From Camelus ferus (Eukaryota), in the NCBI RefSeq assembly GCF_009834535.1, contig NC_045696.1, positions 122,204,001 to 122,268,000 of the forward strand: a DNA stretch of 64,000 bases, given 5' to 3'. Positions within the stretch are counted from its first letter, which is position 1. Each line of letters begins with the position of its first letter. Of this stretch, positions 1 to 10,770 are shown piece after piece. A program made the translations under genes and the position numbers. The notes beneath the pieces were generated by a model, which saw nothing but the letters and a program-made list of their open reading frames with translations, was not told the origin of the DNA and did no database searches.

Positions 1-659
1 GATCACACTCACATATCACTCAGAACTGAGCATGTGGAGAGACGTTCGTTCATCTAGCCCAAAGGGAATGGGTTGCAGGAGAAACATTTACTCTGGTTTC
101 TCAGTGTGTTTCCTAGTGCCGGTTTGAAGTTCCTGCAGTTTTCACTGTAAAAAAGTGTTGGAGCTTGTACATCCCCTATATTTGTATGGATTGGAGTATG
201 CAACTGAAAAGAAACTTAGTGTTCCCAACACGCTAGGTGAAGTACGGCTTTCACACACACATATCTCTCAGAACTGAGCATGTGGAGAGACGTTCGTTCA
301 TTTAGCACAAAGGGAACGGGTTGCAGGAGCAACTTTTACTCTGGTTTCTCAGTCTGTTTCCTAGTGCCGGTTCGAAATTCCTGCAGTTTTCACTGTAAAA
401 CCGAGTTGGAGCTAGTACCTACCCATATATTAGTATGGAGTGAAGTTTGCAACTGAAAAGAAACTTTGTGTTCCCAACAATCTAGGTGAATGACGGCTTT
501 CACACACACTTATCTCTCAGATATGAGCATGTGGAGAGACGTTGGTTCATCTAGCACAAAGGGAACGGGTTTCAGGGGAAACATTTACTCTGGGTTCTCA
601 ATCTGTTTCCTAGTGCCGGTTTGAAGTTCCTGCAGTTTTCACTGTAAAACCGAGTTGGA

Positions 660-2385
660 GATAGTACCACCCCATAGATATTTATGGAGTGGTGTTTGCA
701 ACTGAAAAGAACCTTTGTGTTCCCAACAAGCTAGGTGAAGAACTGCAATCACACACACATATCTCTCAGAACTGAGCATGTGGAGAGACGTTCGTTCATC
801 TAGCACAATAGGAACGGTTTTTAGTAGAAAATTTTACTCTGGTTTCTCAGTCTATTTCCTGGTGCCGGTTTGAAGTTCCTGCAATTTTCACTGTAAAACA
901 GAGTTGGAGCTTGAAACTCCCCATATATTTGTATGGATTGGTGTTTGCAACTGAAAAGAATCTTTGTGTTCCCAACAAGCTAGGTAAAGGACGGCTTTCA
1001 CACACACTTATTTCTAAGAACTGAGCATGTGGATAGAATTTCGTTCATCTAGCACACAGGAACGTGTTACAAGAGAAACTTTTACTCTGGATTCTCAGTC
1101 TGTTTCCTAGTGCCGGGTTGAAGTTCCTGCAGTTTTCACTGTAAAACAGAGTTGGAGCTAGTAAATCCCCATATATATGTATGGAGTGGAGTTTGCAACT
1201 GAAAAGATACTTTGTGTTCCCAACAAGCTAGGTGAAGGCGGCTTTCACACACACTAATCTCCAGAACTCAGCATGTGGAGAGACGTTCGTTCATCTAGCA
1301 CAAAGGGAACGGTTTGCAGGAGAAAATATTACTCTGGTCTCTCAGTCTGTTTCCTAGTGCCGGTTTGAAATTCCTGAAGTTTTCACTGTAAAACCGAGTT
1401 GGAGCCAATACCTCCCCATATATTTTTATGGATTGGAGTTTGAAAATGATAAGAAACTTTGTGTGCCCAACAACCTAGGTGAAGGACGGCATTCACACAC
1501 ACTTATCTCCCAGAACTGAGCATGTGGAGAGACGTTCGTTTATCTATCACAAAGGGAACGGTTTGCAGGAGAAACTTTTACTCTGGTTTATAAGTCTGTT
1601 TCCTAGTGCCGGTTTGAAGTTCCTGCAGTTTTCACTGTAAACCAGAGTTGGAGCTAGTACCTCCCCATAGATATGTATGGAGTGGTGTTTGCAACAGAAA
1701 AGAAACTTTGTTTTCCCAACAAGCTAGGTGAAGTACTGCTATCACATACACTTATCTCTCAGAACTGAGGATGTGGAGAGAAGTTCGTTCATCTAGCACA
1801 ATAGGATAGGTTGTAGTAGAAAATTTTACTCTGGTTTCTCAGACTGATTCCTGGTGCCGGTATGAAGTTCCTGCAATTTTCACTGTAAAACAGAGTTGGA
1901 GCTTGAAACTCCCCATATATTTTTATGGATTGGAGTTTGCAACTTAAAAGATTCTTTGTGTTCCCAACAATCTAGGTGAAGTAGGGCTTTCACACACACT
2001 TATTTCTAAGAACTGAGCATGTGGATAGAAGTTCGTTCATCTAGCAAAAAGGAACGGGTTACAAGAGAAAATTTTACTCTGGATTCTCAGTCTGTTTCCT
2101 AGTGCCGGTTTGAACTTCCTGCAATTTTCAGTGTAAAACAGAGTTGAAGCTAGTAAATCCCCATATATATGTATGGAGTGGAGTTTGCACCTGAATAGAT
2201 ACTTTGTGTTCCCAACAAGCTAGGTGAAGGCGGCTTTCACACACACTAATCTCTCAGAAATGAGCATGTGGAGAGACGTTCGTTAATCTAGCACAAAGGG
2301 AACGGTTTGCAGGAGAAAATATTACTCTGGTCTCTCAGTCTGTTTCCTAGTGCCGGTTTGAAGTTCCATCAGTTTTCACTGTAAA
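660..2385 (+). repeat. Diverged local duplication with 4-monomer spacing (~992-995 bp)
   Basis: Shared private variants: 'cacaatagga..tagtagaaaatttt' (~805 and ~1797), 'gagcttgaaactcccc' (~907 and ~1899), 'tttctaagaa..ggatagaa' (~1011 and ~2003), 'gtaaatcccc' (1161 and 2153). Confidence 0.8.
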
Positions 2386-4839
2386 ACCGAGTTGGAGCAG
2401 GTACTCCCCATATATTTGTATGTATTGGAGTTAGCAACTGAAAAGAAACTTTGTGTTCCCAACAAGCTAGGTGTAGTACGGCTTTCACACACAATTATCT
2501 CTCAGAACTGAGCATGTGGAGAGACGTTCGTTCATCTAGCACAAAGGGAACGGTTTGCAGGAGAAAATATTACTCTGGTTTCTCAGACTTTTTCTTAGTG
2601 CCTTTTTGAAGTTCCTTAAATTTTCACTGTAAAACAGTGTTGGAAATTGTACATCCCCATATATTTTTATGGATTGGAGTTTGCAACTGAAAAGAAACTT
2701 TGTATTCCCAACATGCTATTTGAAGGACGGCTTACACACACACTTATCTCTAAGAACTGAGCTTGTGGAGAGAAGTTCGTTCATCTAGCACAACGGAACG
2801 TGTTGCAGGAAAAACTTTTACTCTGGTTTCTCAGTCTGTATCCTTGTGCAGGTTTGGAGTTCCTGCAGTTTTCACTGTAATCCCGAGTTGGAGCTAGTAC
2901 CTCCCCATAGATATGTATGGAGTGGAGTTTGCAATTGAAAAGAAACTTTGTGTTCACAACAAGCAAGGTGAAGGCGGCTTTCACACACACTTATCTCCCT
3001 AGAACTGAGCATGTGGAGAGACGTTCGTTCATCTAGCACAAATGGAACGGGTTGCAGAAGAAACATTTAGTCTGGTTTCTCAGTCTGTTTCCTAGTGCCG
3101 GTATGAAGTTCCTGCAATTTTCACTGTAAAATAGTGTTGGAACTTGTACATCCCCATATATTTGTATGGATTGGAGTTTGCAACTGAAAAGAAACTTTGT
3201 TTTCCCAACAAGCTAGTTGAAGTACGGCTTTCACACACACATCTCTCAGATATGAGCATGTGGAGAGACGTTCGTTCATCTAGCACAAAGGGAACGGGTT
3301 GCTGGAGAAACTTTTACTCTGGTTTCTCAGTCTTTTTCCTAGTGCCTGTTTGAATTTCCTGCAGTTTTCACTGTAAAATCGATTTGGAGCTAGTACCTCC
3401 CCAGAGATATGTATGGAGTGGGGTTTGCAACTGAAAAGAAACTTTGTGTTCCCAACAATCTAGGTGAATGACGGCTTTCACACACACTTATCTCTCAGAA
3501 ATGAGCATGTGGATAGAAGTTGTTTCATCTAGCACAAAGGGAACGGGTTGCAGGAGAAACTTTTTCTCTGGTTTTGCAGTTTTTTCCTAGTGCTGGTTTA
3601 AAGTTCCTGCAGTTTTCACTGTAAAACCGTGTTGGAGCTAGTTCCTCCCCATTTATATGTATGGAGTAGATTTTGCAACTGAAAAAAACTTAGTTTTCCC
3701 AACTAGATAGTTGAAGTACGGCTTTCACACACACATATCTCTCCAAACTGAGCAAGTGGAGAGACGCTCGTTCATCTAGCACAAAGGGAACGGGTTGCAG
3801 GTCAAACTTTTACTCTGGTTTCTCAGTCTGATTCTTAGTGCCGGTTTGATGTTCCTGCAGTTTTTATTGTAAAACCGAATTGGAGCTATTATCTCCCCAT
3901 AGATATGTATGGAGCGTAGATCGCAACTGAAAAGAAAATGTGTTCCCAAAAAGCTTTTTGAAGCGCGGCTTTCACACACAATTATCTCTCAGAAATGAGC
4001 ATGTCGAGAGACGTTCTTTCATCTAGCACAAAGGAACGTGTTGCAGGAAAAACTTTAATTCTGGGTTCTCAGTCTGTTTCCTAGTGCAGGTTTGAAGTTC
4101 CTGCAGTTTTCACTGTAAAACAGAGTTGGAGCTAGTACCTCCCCATAAATATGTATGGAGTGGGGTTTGCAACTGAAAAGAAACTTTGTGTTCCCAACAG
4201 GCTAAGTGAAGGCGGCTTACACATCCAATTATCTCTCAGAAATGAGCATGTGGAGAGACGTTCCTTTATATAGCACAAAGGGAACGGGTTGAAGGAAAAA
4301 ATTTTACTCTCGTTTCTCAGTCCGTTTCCTAGTGCCGGTATGAAGTTCCTCCAGTTTTCACTGTAAAATATATTTGTAGCTTGTACCTCCCCGTATATTT
4401 GTATGGATCTGAGTTGGCAACTGTAAAGAAACTTTGTGTTCACAACAAGCTAGGTGAAGGAAGTCCTTCACACAAATTAATCTCTCAGAACTTAGCATGT
4501 GGAAAGACTTTCGTTCATCTAGCACCAATGGAACTGGTTGCAGGAGAAACATTTACTCTGGCTTCTCAGTCTGTTTCCTAGTGCCGGTTTGAAGTTCTTG
4601 CAGTTTTCACTGTAAAACCGAGCTGGAGCTTGTACCCCCCCATATAAAAGTATGGAGGGGAGATTGCACTTAAAAGAAACTTTGTGTTCCCAACAAGCTA
4701 GGTGAAGAACGGCTTTCACACACACATAACCCTCAGAACTGAACATGTGTAGAGAATTTCGTTCATCTAGCAAAAAGGGAACAGGTTGAGGAGATAATTT
4801 TACTCTGGTTTCTCAGTCTGTTTCCTAGTGCCGGTTTGA

Positions 4840-5940
4840 AGTTCCTGTAGTTTTTACTGTAAAATGGTGTTGGAGCTTGTACCTCCCCATAGATATGTAT
4901 GGACTGGAGTTTGCAACAGAAAAGAAACTTTGTGTTCCCAACAAGATATTTGAAGGACGGCTTTCACACACACTTATCTCTCAGAACTGAGCATGTGGAG
5001 AGACGTTCGTTCATCTAGCACAAAGGGAACTGTTTGAAGGATAAACTTTTATTCTGGTTTCTCAGTCTTTTTCCTAGTGCCGGTTTGAAGTACCTGCAGT
5101 TTTCATTGTAAAACCTAGTTGGATCTAGTTCCAACCCATATATATGTATGTATTGGTGTTTGCAACATATAAGAAACTTTGTGTTCCCAACATGCTAGGT
5201 GAAGGACAGCTTTAACACACACATATCTCTCAGAACTAAGCATGTGGAGAGACGTTCGTTCATCTAGCACAAAGGGAAATTGTTGCCGGAGAAACTTTTA
5301 CTCTGGTTTATCAGTCTGTTTCCTAGTGCCGGTTTAAAGTTCCTGTAGTTTTTACTGTAAAAGGGTTTTGGAGCTTGTACCTCCCCATAGATATATATGG
5401 ACTGGAGTTTGCAACAGAAAAGAAACTTTGTGTTCCCAACAAGATATTTGAAGGACGGCTTTCACACACACTTATCTCTCAGAACTGAGCATGTGGAGAG
5501 ACGTTCGTTCATCTAGCAGAAAGGGAACTGTTTGAAGGATAAACTTTTATTCTGGTTTCTCAGTCTTTTTCCTAGTGCCGGTTTGATGTACCTGCAGTTT
5601 TCATTGTAAAACCTAGTTGGATCTAGTTCCAACCCATATATATGTATGTATTGGTGTTTGCAACATATAAGAAACTTTGTGTTCCCAACATGCTAGGTGA
5701 AGGACAGCTTTAACACACACATATCTCTCAGAACTGAGCATGTGGAGAGACGTTCGTTCATCTAGCACAAAGGGAAATTGTTGCCGGAGAAACTTTTACT
5801 CTGGTTTCTCAGTCTGTTTCCTAGTGCCGGTTTAAAGTTCCTGTAGTTTTTACTGTAAAAGGGTTTTGGAGCTTGTACCTCCCCATAGATATGTATGGAC
5901 TGGAGTTTGCAACTGAAAAGAAACTTTCTGTTCCCAACAA
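4840..5940 (+). repeat. Dimeric HOR (~498 bp, ~2.2 near-identical copies)
   Basis: 'cctgtagtttttactgtaaaa' at ~4844, ~5342, ~5840; 'ggatctagttccaacccatatatatgtatgtattgg' at ~5121 and ~5619. Confidence 0.88.
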
Positions 5941-8570
5941 GATATTTGAAGGACGGTTTTCACACACACTTATCTCTCAGAAATGATCATGTGGAGAGAC
6001 GTTCGTTCATCTAGCATATAGGGAACTGTTTGAAGGAGAAACTTTTATTCTGGTTTCTCAGTCTTTTTCCTAGTGCCGGTTTGAAGTACCTGCATTTTTC
6101 AGTGTAAAACTTAGTTGGATCTAGTACCAACCCATAAATATTTATGGATTGGTGTTTGCAACTTATACAAAATTTGTGTTCCCAACATGCTAGGTGAAGG
6201 ACGGCTTTAACACACACATATCTCTCAGAACTGAGCATGTGGAGAGACGATTGTTCATGTAGCAAAAAGGGAACGGTTTGCAGGAGAAACATTTACCCTG
6301 GTTTCTCAGGCAGTATCCTAGTGCCGGTTTGAAGTTCCTGCACTTTTCACTGTAAATACGAGTTGGCGCTAGTACATCCCCATATATATATATGGATTGG
6401 AGTTTGGAACTGAAAAGAAACTTTGTGTTCCCAACAAGCTAGTTGAAGTACGGCTTTCACACACATTTATCTCTCAGAACTGAGCATGTGGAGAAACGTT
6501 CTTTCATCTAGCACAAAGGGAACGGTTTGCAGGAGAAACTTTTACTCTGGATACCCAGTCTGTTTCCTAGTGCCGGTTTGACGTTCCTGCAGTTTTCACT
6601 GTAAAATCGTGTTGGAGGTAGTACCAACCCATATATATGTATGGAGTGGATTTTGCAACTTAAAAGAAACTATGTGATCCCAACAAGCTAGGATAAGGAC
6701 GGCTTTCAAACACAATTATCTCTCTCAACTGAGCATGTGGACAGACGTTCATTCATCTAGGACTAAGGGAAAGGATTGCAGGAGAAATTTTTACTCTGGT
6801 TTCTCAGACTGTTTCCTAGTGCTGGTTTGAATTCCTGCAGTTTTCACTGTAAAACCGAGTTGGAGCTAGAACCTACCCATATATATGTATGGATTGGAGT
6901 TGGCAACTGAAAAGGAACTTTGTGTTCCCAACAGGATAGGTGAAGAACTGCTTTCACGCACACATCTAATTTAGAACTGAGCATGTGGAGAAACGTTCGT
7001 TCATCTAGATTAAGGGAAAGGATTGTAGGAGAAACTTTTACTCTGGTTTCTCTGTCTGAATCCTAGTGCCCATTTGAAGATCCTGCAGTTTTCACTGTAA
7101 ATCCGATTTGGAGCTAGTACCTCGCCATTTATATGTATGGATTGTAGTTTGCAACTGAAAAGAATCTTTGTGTTCCCAACAAGCTAGGTGAAGTACGGCA
7201 GTCACACACAATTATCTCTCAGAACTGAGCATGAGGAGAGACGTTCGTTCATCTAGCACAAATGGAACGGGTTACAGAAGAAACTTTTACTCTGGTTTCC
7301 CAGTCGGTTTCCTAGTGCCGGTTAGAAGTTCCTGCAGTTTTCACTGTAAAAGCGAGTTGGAGCTAATACCTCCCCATAGATATGTATGGACTGGAGTTTG
7401 CAACTTAAAAGAAACTTTGTGTTCCCAACAAGCTAGGTGAAGGACGGCATTCACACACACTTATCTCTCAGAACTGAGCATGTGGAGAGACGTTCGTTCA
7501 TCTAGCACAAAGGGAACGGCTTGCAGGAGAAAATTTTACTCTGGTTTCTCAGTCTGTTTCCTAGTGCCGGTTTGAAGTTCCTTATTTTTTACTGTAAAAG
7601 GTGTTGGAGCTTGTACCTCCCCATAGATATGTATGGACTGGAGTTTGCAACTGAAAAGAAACTTTCTGTTCCCAACAAGATATTTGAAGGACGGCTTTCA
7701 CACACACTTATCTCTCAGAAATGAGCATGTGGAGAGACGTTCGTTCATCTAGCATATAGGGAACTGTTTGAAGGAGAAACTTTTATTCTGGTTTCTCAGT
7801 CTTTTTCCTAGTGCCGGTTTGTAGTACCTGCAGTTTTCAGTGTAAAACCTAGTTGGATCTAGAACCAACCCATAAATATGTATGGATTGGTGTTTGCAAC
7901 TTATAGAAACTTTGTGTTCCCAACATGCTAGGTGATGGACGGCATTAACACACACATATCTCTCAGAACTGAGCATGTGGAGAGACGTTTGTACATCTAG
8001 CAAAAAGGGAACTGTTTGCAGGAGAAACATTTACCCTGGTTTCTCAGGCAGTATCGTAGTGCCGGTTTGAAGTTCCTGCAATTTTCACTGAAAATACGAG
8101 TTGGCGCTAGTACCTCCCCATATATATGTATGGATTGGAGTTTGGAAATGAAAAGAAACTTTGTGTTCCCAACAAGCTAGGTGAAGTACGGCTTTCACAC
8201 ACATTTATCTCTCAGAACTGAGCATGTGGAGAAACGTACTTTCATCTAGCACAAAGGGAACGGTTTGCAGGAGAAACTTTTACTCTGGTTACCCAGTCTG
8301 TTTCCTAGGGCCGGTTTGAAGTTCCTGCAGTTTTCACTGTAAAATCGTGTTGGAGGTAGTACAAACCCATATATATATATGGAGTGGAGTTTGCAACTTA
8401 TAAGAAACTATGTGATCCCAACAAGCTAGGATAAGGACAGCTTTCAAACACAATTATCTCTCACAACTGAGCATGTGGAGAGACGTTCATTCATCTAACA
8501 CAAAGGGAAAGGATTGCAGGAGAAATTTTTACTCTGGTTTCTCAGGCTGTTTCCTAGTGCTGGTTTGAAT
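5870..8570 (+). repeat. Duplication with 7-monomer spacing (~1738 bp)
   Basis: Paralogous ORFs 6011..6292 and 7749..8030 are offset by 1738 bp. Shared 'tttaccctggtttctcaggcagtatc', 'ttggcgctagtac', 'actatgtgatccc' and 'gggaaaggattgcaggagaaattttt'. Confidence 0.8.
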
Positions 8571-10770
8571 TCCTGCAATTTTCACTGTAAAACCGAGTTG
8601 TAGCTAGTACCTCCCCATAGATATGTATGGACTGGAGTTTGCAAATGAAAAGAAACGTTGTGTTCCCAACAAGCTAGGTGAAGGACGGCTTTCACACACA
8701 ATTATCTCTCAGAACAAAGCATGTGGAGAGACTTTCGTTCATCTAGCACAAAGGGAACGGGTTGCAGGAAAAAATTTTACTCTGGTTTCTCAGTCAGTTT
8801 CCTACTGCCAGTTTGAAGTTCCTCCATTTTTCACTGTAAAATAGATTTGGAGCTTATAGATCCCAATATATTTGTATGGAGTTTGGTTTGCAACTGAAAA
8901 GAAACTTTGTGTTCCCAATAAGCTAGGTGAAGGACGGCTTTCACACACATTTATCTCTCAGAACTGAGCATGTGGAAAGACGTTCGTTCATGTAGCACCA
9001 ATGAAACTGGTTGCAGGAGAAACTTTTACTCTGGTTACCCAGTCTGTTTCCTAGTGCCGGGTTGAAGTTCCTGCAGTTTTCACTGTAAAACCGTGTTGGA
9101 GCTAGTACCTCCCCATATATATGTATGGAGTGGAGTTTTCAACTTATAAGAAACTATGTGATCCCAACAAGCTACGATAAGGACGGCTTCAAACACAATT
9201 ATCTCTCACATCTGAGCATGTGGAGAGACGTTCATTCATCTAACACAAAGGGAAAGGATTGCAGGAGAAATTTTTACTCTGGTTTCTCAGGCTGTTTCCT
9301 AGTGCCAGATTGAAGTTCCTGCAATTTTCACTGTAAAACCGAGTTGGAGCTAGTACCTCCCCATATATATGTATGGATTGGAATTTGCAACTGAAAAGAA
9401 ACTTTGTGTTTCCAACAGGATAGGTGAAGAACTGCTTCCACGCACACTTCTCATTCAGAACTGAGCATGTGGAGAGACGTTCGTTCATCTAGATTAAGGG
9501 AAAGGATTGTAGGAGAAACTTTTACTCTGCTTTCTCAGTCTGTTTCCTAGTGCCCGTTTGAAGTTCCTGCAGTTTTCACTGTAGAAACAAGTTGGAGCTA
9601 GTACTTCCCCATATATATGCATGGAGTGTAGTTTGCAAATGAAAATAAACTTTGTGTTCCCAAAAAGCTAAGTGAAGGCGGCTTTCACATCCAATTATAT
9701 CCCAGAAATTAGCATGTTGAGAGACGTTCGTTCATCTAGCACAAAGGGAAAGCGTTGCCGGAGAAACTTTTACTCTGGTTTCTCAGTCTGTTTCCTAGTG
9801 CCGTTTTGAAGTTCCTGCAGTTTACACTGTCAAACAGAGTTGGAGCTAGTACCTCCCCATAAATATGTATGGAGTTGGGTATGCAACTGAAAAGAAAGTT
9901 TGTGTTCCCAACTACCTAGTTGAAGCACGGCTTTCAAACACACTTATCTCTCAGAACTGAGAATTTGCAGAGAAGTTTGTTCATCTAGCAACAATGGAAC
10001 GTCTTGCAGGTGAAACATTTACTCTGGTTTATCAGTCTGTTTCTTAGTGCCGGTTAGAAGTTCCTGCAGTTTTCACTGTAAAACCAAGATGGAGCTTGTA
10101 CCTCCCCATAGATATGTATGGTTTGATTTTGCTACTGAAAAGAAGCTTTGTGTTTCCAACATGATAGGTGAAGGACGGCTTTCACACACACTTATCTCTA
10201 AGACCTGAGCATGTGGAGAGACGTTCTTTTATCTAGCACAAATGTAAAAGGTTACAGGAGAAACTATTTCTCTGGTTCTTAGTTTGTTTCCAAGGGCCGG
10301 TTTGAAGTTCCGGCAGTTTTCTCCGTAAAAAAGATTTGGAGCAACTACCTCCCCATAGACATGTATGGAATGGAGTTTGCAACTGAAAAGAAACTTTGTG
10401 TTCCCAACAATCTAGTTGAAAGACGGCTTTCACACACACTTATCTCTCAGAAATGAGAATGTGGAGAGACGTTCGTTCATCTAGCACAAAGGGAACGGGT
10501 TGCAGGAGAAACTTTTTCTCTGGTTTCGCAGTCTTTTTCCTAGTGCTGGTTTTAAGTTCCTGCAGTTTTCACTGTAAAACCGTGTTGGAGCTAGTTCCTC
10601 CCCATTTATATGTATGGAGTAGAGTTTGCAACTGAAAAAAACTTAGTTTTCCCAACTAGATAGTTGAAGGACGGCTTTCACACACAAATATATCTCCAAA
10701 CTGAGCAAGTGGAGAGACGCTCGTTCATCTAGCACAAAGGGAACGGGTTGCAGGAGAAACTTTTACTCTG

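Noticed and set aside
293..320. Canonical functional CENP-B box
   Set aside because: Spacing between TTCG and CGGG is 20 nt rather than 7, and I saw no exact match on either strand by eye. Reported only as a split motif.
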